A DNA stretch of 64,000 nucleotides. Source: Azolla caroliniana. Taxonomy: Eukaryota; Plantae; Polypodiophyta. The stretch spans positions 3,038,001 through 3,102,000 of the forward strand of contig JBHGNT010000008.1 in NCBI GenBank assembly GCA_043228905.1, read 5' to 3'. A model generated the notes under the pieces. That model was given only the letters and a program-made list of their open reading frames with translations. It was not told the DNA's origin and made no database searches. A program made the position numbers and the translations under genes. Position 1 is the stretch's first letter, and each line of letters starts with the position of its first letter. Below, piece after piece: positions 1-11,855 of the stretch.

Positions 1-1168
1 GAAGAGCCTCTTTTCTCGAAACATCTATTTACCAAGAAATTAGTGTGGGGTTCTTTGCATTGCGTGTAAGTGACGAAACCATGACTGTTTCAACTGAATA
101 AAAGTCTCCACAATGGTGCAATAGATTATTGCGTACGGTATTCGTGACAAGGCCAAGGGGCTTCCACCACCATAACATTTTTAGGCCGTGCAACAAACAT
201 CGAAAAATGGCATCTCTCACTCTAGATAAAAACAAGCAAACAAAACCAAAAGTTCCTCTTTTCTCACCTAGAAGATTCTATCACCGAACTATATACCCTT
301 CGGTTTCTTCACCCTAGCACAAAAACGGATAATGTGAAAGGGTCTTTCGAAATAGTATTTCGAATTGCGGGCAAACAAAACACATGTTTCGGCGCCTATC
401 CTTGATTGCAAGGCCTCTTTGATCAACCAAATTGGACATCATGGATCCACCTTTCCATATACAATTCTCAAAAGTGGAAAACCATGGCATTACATACCCA
501 AGCATGGACATTATGATCCTTGTTATGTGTGTGTGTGTGTGTGAGTGATGGTTCTCTCCATAGTCCAAATGGACACCTTAACTTGGGTGTCATCTTGATC
601 TTGGTGTAGATGGGTTTCTATATTATACATCCAAATTAAGTTCCAAACCCTAATAATTAGAAATGAAAGAAATTAAGCCCAAAAGAAAGTGGGCATTCTG
701 TAACTTGGATGCTATGCCTCTCTCCAAAAGCAAAAAGCTTATTATCCTTTTGGCTCCATCATTACATCTTGGTCTTTCACACTTAAGATCTCTTTTACAG
801 AGATGGAACTGTACATCTGCCTCATGGCAATTGCTTCACATGAGTGTCTTTTCCTTTATTGGGAGGGGGAAAAGCTAATAATAGCAAAATAGAGCTTGCA
901 TATACACACATAAACACACACACACACACATCAACACTAACATAATATCACAAAAGTTAAGCTTACACAATCCTCCATGAGTTTGCTCCAATTCACAATA
1001 AAGCCCATATTGCAATAGTATGTGGGCTTTGCACGATACCCCGAGGGGTTCTCTGTAGGACCCGATCGACCGTGAAGGACCATGAGATTGGACACCCCCC
1101 CACATCTACTCTTGTCCGAGACCGAGACGGCTTTAAGTGTGAACAAATTGGAATGGGATGATGGGGGC

Positions 1169-1987
1169 TTAGATCTTGTAGAGCTTCTCGGCTTTTATAA
1201 CGGGATTGGCCTTGGCGATGGACGCCTTGCCGGCCGCTTTGTAGTCGAAGGGGCAGTCATGTGTGTCCGAGTGCCGATGGGCGGGGCAGAATGTGTCGCC
1301 ACATCGGCACTTGAAGCCGCGCAACCCGACTTTCTTGGAGCAAGCGAAGCACCGGAGAGGAGGAGGTCCCGCCAACGAAGAAGAAGAAGAAGAAGAAGGT
1401 TTGTGGCCATCGGACAATCGGGGGGCTGCCGTTCTCTCAAAGCCCGCGATCTGTACAGTTTTGTCAGGTTTTCTATTGCAATTCATGAATTGGGCAGATT
1501 CCCTCTCCAAGGCGAATCCGGCGGCTTTCTCGGGTCTCTCCTTCTCCTCCTCCGAGACCATCAAAACTTCCACTTCTGCCCTTGGATGGGCAGTGGAGAG
1601 GAGCAAAGGCAAAGAAGGAGAAGGTGAGAGAAGAAGAGGAGATGGTGTAGAGAAGAGGAGGCTTGAAGTGGTAGGAGGAGGAGGAGGAGGAGGAGAAAGA
1701 GAAGAAGGGAAATCTAATGGAGATTGCTTCTTCAGGAGCATAAGGTCCCTGTAGCATGAGGAGCAAAGGTTCATGGAGGATGTGGAGCCAAAGAAGCCAC
1801 AATTGTTGGTGCAGAGGGAAGGGGGGGGAGCATCATTAAGGGTTGAAGAAGAAGAAGAAGAAGAAGAAGATGGAGCAGGAGCAGGAGCAGGAGCAGTAGC
1901 AGTAGCAGTAGCAGAAGAAGGAGGAGGAGGAGAGGAAGAAGAGCAAGGGGACTCTTCTTGTTCTAATTTCCAGCTCTCTTGAGCCAT
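1169..1987 (-). CDS. A20/AN1 zinc-finger stress-associated protein (SAP family), intronless, 272 aa
   Basis: A20 finger LCTNNCGFFGSTSSMNLCSSCYRD and C-terminal AN1 finger RCFACSKKVGLRGFKCRCGDTFCPAHRHSDTHDCPFDYK...IAKANPVIKAEKLYKI; Ser/Pro low-complexity linkers. Confidence 0.95.
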   Translation of the reverse strand: MAQESWKLEQEESPCSSSSPPPPSSATATATAPAPAPAPSSSSSSSSSTLNDAPPPSLCTNNCGFFGSTSSMNLCSSCYRDLMLLKKQSPLDFPSSLSPPPPPPPTTSSLLFSTPSPLLLSPSPSLPLLLSTAHPRAEVEVLMVSEEEKERPEKAAGFALERESAQFMNCNRKPDKTVQIAGFERTAAPRLSDGHKPSSSSSSSLAGPPPLRCFACSKKVGLRGFKCRCGDTFCPAHRHSDTHDCPFDYKAAGKASIAKANPVIKAEKLYKI

Positions 1988-2478
1988 GGTAATGGCTATG
2001 GATACAAAAGGGAGAGGGGGGTAGAACAGAGGAGGAGGAGGAGGAAAAAAACAGGGGAGGTTTCTATCTATCTAATTTGAGAAGAAGAAGAAAGAAGAAG
2101 GAAAGAAGGAAGAATAAAAGAAAGAGAGAAAAAGATGTGAACTTTTATTTTATCTATATATTTTTTGTTTGTTACAATGTAACATAATAACATGTGTACA
2201 TATTTGTAATTTTGTAGTATATTTGTAGCTTCTTCTTGTAATAGTAGTAGTAGTAGTAGTAGTAGTATGTATATACTGTATTTATACAAGACACACACAA
2301 AGACATGTACTTTTTCTTCCTCTATAGAAGAGGCTCTTAAGAGTATCATACAACTTGGATGAAAAGAAAGTCCCCCAAGTGTCCTTCCACCAGAGAGTCT
2401 CGTCTCGGACACGGGATCCACTCCTCGCCTGTAGTTAGCCTCTCTTGAAGACCCTCCTTTGTTCACACTTTCCCTATG

Positions 2479-2511
<33 letters not shown>

Positions 2512-2700
2512 TTGTGCATCGTCTCTTCTTGTCCGTCATGTAACCTCGTCAAACCTGTTCATTTTATGCACTCTCCCCGGGCAGCCACAACATTATAGCA
2601 TGCATATACACATTGGCTATTGGTTGGCTCATCAAGCTTACCAACTTCATGACTAGAGCCCATTGTCATAGCTTTTTCAGCTTCTTATCTTCAGAAAACA

Positions 2701-3038
2701 TGTGTGTGTGTGTGTGTTATGTGGATGTCTTTGTGTGTGTTTGTATGTATGTATGTATGTATGTATGTATGTATGTATGTATGTATGTATGTATGTATGT
2801 ATGTATGTATGTATGTATGTGTGTGTGTAGGTGTATGTTATGCATGTGTTTATGTGTTTATGTGTTTATGTGTTTATGTGTTTATGTGTATGTAGGTGTG
2901 TGTTATGCATGTATGTATGTGTTTATGTGTATGTATGTGTGTATGTGTATGTGTGTGTGTATGTATTTGTGTGTGTGTGTGTGTGTGTGTAGAGGTATGT
3001 ATGTATGTATGTATGTATGTATGTATGTATGTATGTAT
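2701..3038. repeat. Compound (GT)n/(GTAT)n microsatellite
   Basis: Long runs of gtat and gt; explains the MYVC/HTHT pseudo-ORFs in the track. Confidence 0.95.
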
Positions 3039-3587
3039 GCTTGGCAGTCTGCTCATACTTTTTGCATTTATATCGCATTCTTTCTTTCTCTCGCCTAGGG
3101 TCAAGTCCCTTCATCTTCCTTTTCATGCAGCTTACTTTTTCCCTCACTGGAATCAAGTCGTCTCATCCACATCGCCAACTCGAATATTTCGAATTGCATT
3201 ATGTTCTAATGTGAGGCCACTTGAAATATCAAGTATTCTTGCAAGTTGTTGTATCTTAATAATTCGTGAGCTCTATTTATTCTTAACTAAATCGAAAAGG
3301 AAACTAATAAATAATCACGTAAGATGTTTGAGGACATACTGACGCGTCACCAAAAAACACCAGATTGACGAGTGAAATTTTTCTTGTTTGTGAATGATCT
3401 CCCCTCTCGTGTCTATGCCATATGTAATTGTGTACCATGTTCTTGTCAAAAAATCTGATTTATTTGTCACAATTGTTTTCCTAATGGAAAATATAATAAT
3501 GATAACGATTTTTACTACATAACCAAATTATTTGGGAATCTATAAATCAACAAAAGAGGGCCATATACCATGACTGGTAGTTTGCAC

Positions 3588-3851
3588 CATAGTATGAACC
3601 ATACGTACCATACGTGCATTCGCATTCGCGAAAGAAAAATACCCTCAAAGAATGATAAATACCATTCTTTTGAATTAACTATTTATTATGAGGTAGATAA
3701 GCCTAAAAATGAAAAAAAAAACAAAAAAACATTAAAAAAATGGGGGGAAAACAAAAAAAAAACACAAGAATGTTTGGATAACATTCGCATTCGTTTTCCA
3801 ACGTAGGAAAACGAATGTTATACTAGACGAACACGAATTTTACGTACTATG
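3588..3851. mobile_element. hAT-type MITE, 264 bp
   Basis: Termini CATAGTA...TACTATG; perfect 8-bp TSD GTTTGCAC at 3580-3587 and 3852-3859; internal CATTCG/CGAA motifs. Confidence 0.8.
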
Positions 3852-5269
3852 GTTTGCACTTCAGGCTCGTAATAATTATCCTCTAGTCAAGAGAGTAGTT
3901 CCGACCCATGGAAAGAAGATTCAAGGAAGCCTACTAACCAGGAATCATGATCCACCAAAGCCATTTGACACACAAACAAAACAGTCAATTAAAGCCAACT
4001 CACAATCATCTATCTACATGTTGCACCATGATAATCACTCTTTATGTCAACCTCTCATTATTATATTACTAGAATAAACGTCTTTCTCACTTCTCTTCTG
4101 GTCTATGTCACAACTTATACTTATCTCCCACTACCTCACAAACATGTTCCCATGACCCATCACATAGATCTTATAAGTTTGTGTTGTAAACATTTTCACC
4201 CACATATTCACACTTTGTTATGTTTCATATGTTTGAATTTCTGTTAACCTATAGACACATCCTATCTATATTTTACTAAATAACTATAATGTCTCTTTCC
4301 ATATAAAAACTACTCCTACAACTCCATGAAACTAACTCTCCCTATTCTAAACATACATCTTAACACACTGGGTTCCTTACATTCGTAGGATGTGCTCTAA
4401 TTGTTAAACCATAATACCAAAATATCCATGGGTAATGTAAATGATAAACCTTCATGCATCCATTCTCTCAATATTGTTTTGTGGAAGCACCTGCCCTAGT
4501 AATAAGCCATGCTATATAGTTATTTCACTAGATGGCACCAATAAAAATATAAATTTAATGCAAGACCTCGCCTTTTCCAAACATGAAGTTGAACATAAGT
4601 GCTTCACGATAAGGTGATTATGGTCAATGTCGTAATGGGACATAAAAACATGAATAATATTTCATTGGCTCAAGAAAAGACATATTTTACTGGCCCAAGC
4701 AAAGACATATTTTCCCTCTTTTGATGCTTTTGAAATCGTTTGACCACTCTATATCATCAACCAAGCATGTGGAAATGAAAGTAACAAAACTTCGTATTAC
4801 AAGTAACATGAAGTTGTCGTGGGTCAAAAGGGAACACGAGGCACTATGCAAGCAACAATCATAATGGAGAGAGTACACAAACAATGTAAAGCATGAAAAT
4901 GTAAAGACACAAACAATGTAAAACAAGATGTGTTTGTCCATCGGTATTGTCATATCATTATAGGAACACAAGGGTGCATGTTGGATTGCATTGTGATTAT
5001 GATATAGAGGGTTGATGTTAATGACGAGGAGCTATTTCACATTGGCACTCATAAGTCTATGACAAAAACGATTTGTTGCTTTTTGCGTACATGGACGACT
5101 AGGTGGTTAATAAAGAAACATAAAGCAGGGTAATCGGTCAACACGACATATTCCGTAGTCCCAAGGGTGCCGCGTGACCAGAAATCCAACCAATGTCTCA
5201 ATCTTTGTAAATAAAAACGTACAAAAAGCTCCGTCCAACACAAACGTAGAAAAATCGGGAATGCTATGT

Positions 5270-5427
5270 CCCTGGTAACCAAATCGGGAGCAAAGATGTG
5301 TTTCCGGTAACCGAATCGGGAGCAAAGACGTGTTTCCAATAACCGAATCGAGAGAGCAAAGACGTGTTTCCGGTAATAGAATCGGGAGCAAAGACATGTT
5401 TCCGGTAACCGAATCGAGAGAGCAAAG
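5270..5427. repeat. ~31-bp tandem minisatellite, about 5 units
   Basis: Repeated TTTCCGGTAACCGAATCGGGAGCAAAGACGTG. Confidence 0.9.
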
Positions 5428-5773
5428 GTCAGTGGGTGGCCTCAGAGTTTTGTCTTGTCGGGTGGGTTATTGGGTGGACCGAATGGGAGTGCCCACATTA
5501 GGAAAGATAATGGAGAAGGAAAGCATGGGGACAAGGCACTATTGGCAACGTACCAACAGCCCCAAGGGGCGTGTCTCTTCTAGAGGGGAAGAGGAAGACA
5601 CCAAAAGGAAACCTCTCTCCCTCCCTCTCTCTCGATCTCTGACATTGAATCTTGAGAGGATCTTAAGAGAATCCTTGATAGAATCTTGAAGGGAATCTTT
5701 GAGAGGATCTTTAGGGAATCCTTGAGAGGATCTTCTTTGTGGGGCGATTTCTCTCGGATCCGACGAGGCCGCG

Positions 5774-6268
5774 ATGAAGTTCCTCTTCCAATGCCCGTGT
5801 TGCTCGTGCTTTTGCTTTTGCCGATCGAAGAAGAAGCAAAGCATACCCATGATCGCGTATAACATCGAAAATTCCGACAATGACAATAATGAGAATAATG
5901 ACATGAATGACTTGCAACAAGAGCCACTTCCCCTTCCCCTTCCACTCCCATTGTATAACCCTACCAATAGTGGCTATGGCACCAACATTAACAATAATGC
6001 CAATGATTTCCCCCTCCCTACCTCCACCTCCACAAACATCACCACCACCACCACCACCACCAACATTAATGAACAACTCTATGTCCTCACTAGCCATACC
6101 AATACCAATACCAATAGCACCAATCTTGTTAATGCCTCGGACGATGATGATCACGACACCCCTTCCGCTGTCCCTTCGATCCCTCGTCTTACCCCGAAAA
6201 CCTCGCGCTCTCCATCCTTAGTCTATTCCTCCTCCTCCCTCCCTCAATTAGATTCCCCTCCTTCTTAA
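5774..6268 (+). CDS. Small protein with Cys-rich N-terminus and Asn/Thr/Pro/Ser-rich tail, function unknown
   Basis: ATG in GCCGCGATG context; N-terminus MKFLFQCPCCSCFCFCRSKKKQ; CT-rich leader upstream; 164-aa uninterrupted ORF. Confidence 0.55.
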   Translation: MKFLFQCPCCSCFCFCRSKKKQSIPMIAYNIENSDNDNNENNDMNDLQQEPLPLPLPLPLYNPTNSGYGTNINNNANDFPLPTSTSTNITTTTTTTNINEQLYVLTSHTNTNTNSTNLVNASDDDDHDTPSAVPSIPRLTPKTSRSPSLVYSSSSLPQLDSPPS

Positions 6269-6824
6269 GGCTAACCAACTAAACAATCTAACTTACTTTT
6301 GGTATCTTTGCTTTTTGCTTTCTTATGTTTTATCACTTTTAAGATCCATTCATTGGTAACTTTACCCATCTATATAAACTATCCAAACTTGTTCCCTAGT
6401 AAATCTTTGGAAAATAAGAGCAAAAATATAATGATGATTCAGTGTATCAAACCCTTTGCAACTAATCAACATCATTCATTGTGGTGGTCCATTCTACATG
6501 ATTCATAACTTGAGGAAGCTTAGTTACTCTTAATGGTGTACATCATATAAAGAATGGCATCTTCTACTCTATACATTACATACATACATTCATGCCAGAT
6601 ACAACATGAACCATGATTATGTATGTATTGTACATTGGGTTGTTTCTTGTACATATTTTTCCATCATTGTAACTCAATTTGAACCTCCAATCAATGTTCA
6701 AATCAGAGCAATGATATGTAAATATGTCTGTAGGTATGTATGTGTACATGAAAAGACGCTATGCCATTCATACTCGCATTATTAGCACCCAATTGTCGGC
6801 AAAGGCTAGTACATTAAGATCCAT

Positions 6825-6915
6825 ATAAAGAGTAATGTTAATATACATCATGTGTAAAACCACCAAGATCCATATAAAGAGTAATGTTAATATACATCAT
6901 GTGTAAAACCACCAG
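6825..6915. repeat. ~49-bp tandem duplication
   Basis: AAGATCCATATAAAGAGTAATGTTAATATACATCATGTGTAAAACCACCA twice; boundaries approximate. Confidence 0.85.
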
Positions 6916-6974
6916 ATTGGATGCATGCAATTAATGTATATAAAATAAAGTACATGGTTAAGATAATTTATTCA

Positions 6975-7270
6975 AGAACCATAGAAAGATTGTTCATCTA
7001 TCGACATTATATCAATTCTTCAATTTCCTAATCACTAAGGACTGTGTGGCAAAAAGTTGTGTCTCGTCTATTTTGTAATGAATTTGTGACTAGTGTTGTT
7101 TTTCTTGTGAATGGTGTTAATGTTGGCCCATCATGACCATGACAAATTATGATATGATGGCTGAAATTAGGAGGCCTAATGGGAGAGACTTTCACCTTGA
7201 TTGCCAACTTCTTGTAAACATATGGATAAATGGATCATACACCCAATATGGATGAGTATATGTCAACAAT
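6975..7270 (+). pseudogene. Possible highly decayed PIF/Harbinger transposase fragment
   Basis: Frameshifted pieces read like VAKSCVSSI..EFV..V, W-P and INGSYTP, resembling the Harbinger GAIDGSHIP region. Confidence 0.3.
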
Positions 7271-8586
7271 CATCTTTGTTACCATGGTTGCTATCATAGG
7301 TGCATGAAACCCATCAATGTTATTGGCGACTCATTTATTTGTTATGAAGTGAGAGCATCAATTCTACCCCTACATGCCAAACAACCTACAACCATTAGCG
7401 TGAATAAGTCTTCAACATTCATAATTCCTCATTTGAAATCAGCCCTTCTTGTTGCCAATCATTTCAATTTCGTACCCTTTTGATGAAGGAAACATTCCCA
7501 TTTCATTTGAAGTCATCAGCTTCATAATTGTGTGTGCAACTACCTCATATTTATATACAAACGAGAGACAAAGATATATAACTTACCTCCTATGAGAGGC
7601 TCAAACAAAATTATGAGACAATTCATGATTACAATTTATAGATATGAGGAGATTGAAGTTATCCACATGAAAAACTTAGAAACCTTGAGTTTCGTAAATA
7701 CTATTGACAAAAAATTTGGATGCAAGTCCAATGGTACGATTGTCTACGAACAAGTAAAAGATAATGATTTGAACCCTTCACATTCCCCAAGGACATCTTG
7801 TCAATATGTGAGATTCAAAGTAAGTTGTCACTAGGACACAATACATATGGTTATACATACAGAAATTTTATCCACCATGTTAACAATGTTATCACATGCA
7901 CCAAAATGTGAGAAAGAATAAAGAAAGAAAATTTAATGCTTATAAAAAGGACAAAATCAACCTAAGACGAATCGTGATTACAAATATGGGTGAATTCATG
8001 TTATCCAGATTGAAACAAAAATAAGAACTCTTGGTTTCCTAAAGATTCACAATGATGATTTTAATCATGCAATAGTATGATTCTAAAGGTGGTTTTCAAG
8101 CATGACATGCATCACTAACACGATGGGTTTAGCAATGAAGGGTTACGGTAGCCGAGGTTGGTTGATGCAATGGAATGAGGCTACAATGATGATCACCAAG
8201 TCCATGTGGGTGTCGAGCACATTGGACATGGAGAAAAATGATCTCCACAATTTGGTGATAATATGGCCTATGTGCCTTATATCCTGGTACTCATGGTCTT
8301 CATTGAGATAAAAGACATTAAAATTTTAACATCCCTAAATGCCATAATGGCCTACAAGACCTAGCAACAGTTATAACTAATTATGTTTACCTATCTACTG
8401 CTTTCAAAAGTTTCAAGCATTGTCCTAGACTAGGAATCAATCATAACAAATGGACATAGAATTACATTAAATAGATTAAAACAAAACATGTGACAATCGT
8501 GAATCTGTATGTTCAGTTGAAACATTTATCTTTTCACTTCTGAGGTACTAAACTTAATTAAACTTAATCGCATACACAATCTACAC

Positions 8587-8843
8587 CATATGAACAACAT
8601 TATACCGAGCCAGTTTGCCTACTGGTTAAGGCCCCTTGCCATCTTAGAGGGGGGTTCAAATTCCAACACCCTGCCACCCATCAAGAGGTGGCAAAATTGA
8701 ACAACATTTACATGCATATACAATCTATATCATATGAACGACATTTACATGTGGGGAGCAGTTTGTCTAGTGGTTAGAGCCTCTTGCCATGTGGTATGGA
8801 GTTCAAATCCCAACCCTGCCCTATCAAAAAGAGGCTAAATTGA
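8587..8843 (+). mobile_element. Two tandem tRNA-like (SINE-like) units
   Basis: Each unit has an A-box-like TTGCCTACTGG/TTGTCTAGTGG and a B-box GGTTCAAATTCC/GAGTTCAAATCC; TGAACAACATT flanks the first unit. Confidence 0.5.
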
Positions 8844-8896
8844 TATTAAATATGCACTTATATTAAATAAATTTTGATTTGCATAAATGGCAATCC

Positions 8897-11563
8897 TCAA
8901 GAAATGGGGGGATTAGCATCTCGAAGCTCTGAAGCCGACTTTTCAGGAAATACAGGCAGTATATGACAACCACTACCGAGCTCAAAACCGGCAAGTGTAA
9001 TCAAACGTGGTATTATGCGAATATACCAGTGGTAGAACGGAGCGCCCTCATAACCTTGCAATGGGGAGGTGCGCACCATGTAGTTAAAAGAGACATCATT
9101 GCCAAATAGATATTCGATTTTCTTTAGAATCCAAAGCAGTGTTTCAGCCAGGCTTTCTACCTGCAAAACTAACAAGTTGTCAAGGATACAACTCCAAAGA
9201 TCTCCAGCAAACCATAACTATATTATCATATAACTAAGCATGTATCAACTTAATAAATGATTCGAAGGCAACAAGACACTTGACAGCACATTGAGTTGGG
9301 AACTTATCCAGAGCATTATCGATGTTCTCAAGATTTAGAAATTCAAAAAATTCATGCAAATTAATCTATACTGCCATAATAAATAAATTCACAGCCATAT
9401 GATAAAATTACCATACAGGTTCCATCGAGCCAGTAACTCACATCAATGTGCGCGAAGTTTCAAGGAATGAATGACCAAAAGCTCAAAGATACAAACCCAA
9501 GGAATTCAAGCTAGCTATACCCATATTAACACGCTGCAGCATATCACCACAAAGGAAACAAGCTGGGAATATAAGTATCAATGTCCTCGAAGCTCAGTGA
9601 ATGAATATAAGATCAACGGAGGATATCATGCATCAAGTCGGGAGGGGAACTCAATTAGACATCATGGATATCCTTGAATTTCAAGGAATTGGCATTTAAA
9701 GGGAAAACATAAAATGCCTCAAGAGTTTCAGGCTAATTATATCCATATTTACACACCAACCCATATCATAGAAACAGAACTCACCTGAGCATCGTTGATG
9801 CCCTCAAAGTTTGCGGAATGTGCCTGAGGCACAATCCACGTTTCGTATGGATATCGAGGTGCATAAGGTGTAATCACAGCATAATCCGTTGAGCAACCAA
9901 TCAAACGACTTCCCTCTGAGATATCATGATGCAGAATGTCGCAAAATACGCACGATCTTTTTCTATCAAAATATTTTTTTGCACAATCGATCTCATGCTC
10001 TACATTATGAGGTACAATGGGAAGCGCAATAATTTGACTATGAGAGTGTTCCATGGAAGCTCCAGCCGCTTTACCTTGGTTCTTAAAAACCTATCAATTC
10101 AAAGCTCCCAAAACCAATATAGTTGTCAATTGAATGAAATAAGTGATGTAAACGCCTTGCTTATATTTCTGAAACATAATTACTTATGTTTTTGGTTTGC
10201 ATTTTCATGTTACAGTTTACCCAAGAATGACTTTTCTTTGATCTGTAAAACAGCACATCATTTATGAAAAAGCAAATGCTATGAAATCAAAGAAGATTCA
10301 CTTTGAAGATGACAAATGAAATACCCCTTCTCTACCTCTCAACATACGAACAACATTTCTCTCCCTACCAAATTTTCAAAAACATTTATAAAACCTCATC
10401 AACATTGTTTTGACATTTTGTTCTGGTTATTGTGAGGAAAATTGACACCACATAAATCTGCATTTTGATATTTTGCACATTAACATTATTTGTGGGTTTC
10501 TGCATTATGCAAATTAACACAGTTTTGTGCATGCATATCCAAATGTTCCTATGTGAAGAACTCTTTCTTTAAGATTATATACACAAACTAGTGTGCCTAT
10601 TGTTTTGTGATGAATTTCTTTGCTTCCCTATAAGCATACAAAGATACGAAATTTCATGCATGCATAGCCAAATTTTTCCATTTGGTTAACTTCGAGTTAT
10701 ATCAAAATGTGACCTTACACGGATGCATCATCTTGTAATGAAACGTTTTGTTGATTTCATGGACCAAATATGTTTCATGTTTGTAACATTAACATTGTTT
10801 TGTGGATTTTTCACATATGCATACAAAGCTGTAAGTGCTATTCATACCGAAATACTCTATCTTGTAAAGAATTTCTGCTTTATTTTGTTTGTGGTTCAAT
10901 TTTTTGTATCATTAACAGATTCTTTTGTGGGTTCCCGCAATATGCTTACAAAAATGTAAGAAAATCATTCCATATGGTCAGCATATCAAAATGTGAGCTT
11001 AAAAGGGCCTGACATACCTGGACATATTTGAATCGTCCGTCATCTCGTAAGATCCGCATTCGATGCCGAAAGCACATAAGAATCTCGGCAACGTTTAGAG
11101 GTGAAAACTGAGTAAATTTGATGTGATGGTGAGGATTCTCTATAACAACCTCATGGGACCCAAATCCAGGAATATGGGAGTGATGGTAAAGACCCTGCTC
11201 TCCCTCGTCTTCTCCGTTTGCTTTTCCTTGAACTTCTTTTCCTTGTGCATTTGGAGCCATGGCATCAACAGAGACAGCAGGGTATATGTTGTGGACAACT
11301 CGAACACGCCAATTGGGCGAGCAAAGGGAACCGCCATCGCGGAAAGCAAATAGCTCGGCACCAGTCTCCCGTTCTCGGCCGAGACAGAATGGGCAGACCC
11401 CTTGCTTTCTCTTCCTCTTCTCTTCTTCTTCTTCTTCTTCTCCTTCCTCTTCTTCTTTGTTGGTGGTGTTGTTGGGCTTATTGTAGTCTGATGGTCTTTT
11501 CCCTCTTGCTGCTGATATGATCACCCACTCACCCACCACTGGATCCTTCCTAATTTCCTCCAT
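8897..11563 (-). CDS. GalT-like ADP-glucose phosphorylase / galactose-1-phosphate uridylyltransferase family; exons 11563-11018, 10090-9785, 9160-8897 (~371 aa)
   Basis: EIRKDPVVGEWVIISAARGKRP, CPFC, VRVVHNIYP, GFGSHEVVIE, spliced VFKNQGKAAGASMEHSHSQ catalytic HxHxQ, CVFC, YHWYIRIIP...GFELGSG; in-frame GT-AG junctions. Confidence 0.93.
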
Positions 11564-11637
11564 TTCAACGAAATAGTCAATCAGAAAACAATCAGAAAAA
11601 AAAAGGTACTCTTCTTCCTCCCACCTTATATTGCCCT

Positions 11638-11805
11638 TACCCTAATTTTACTCTTTCCTAAGCCATTCCTCCCCTGTTCCATCCTTGCTGATGTACCCTA
11701 ATTTTACTCTTTCCTAAACCCATTCCTCCCCTGTTCCATTCTTGATGATGTACCCTAATTTTACTCTTTCACAAGCCATTCCTCCCCTGTTCCATTCTTG
11801 ATGAT
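11638..11805. repeat. ~56-bp tandem repeat x3 just upstream of the GalT-like start codon
   Basis: TACCCTAATTTTACTCTTTCCTAAGCCATTCCTCCCCTGTTCCAT.CTTG.TGATG three times, followed by (CT)n and poly-C. Confidence 0.9.
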
Positions 11806-11814
11806 GGGCTCATC

Positions 11815-11855
<41 letters not shown>

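Noticed and set aside
1082-1982. Antisense and alternative-frame ORFs over the SAP gene
   Set aside because: Shadows of GC-rich trinucleotide-repeat coding sequence
2613-3342. Cys/Val/Met-rich and His/Thr-rich ORFs
   Set aside because: Translations of the microsatellite
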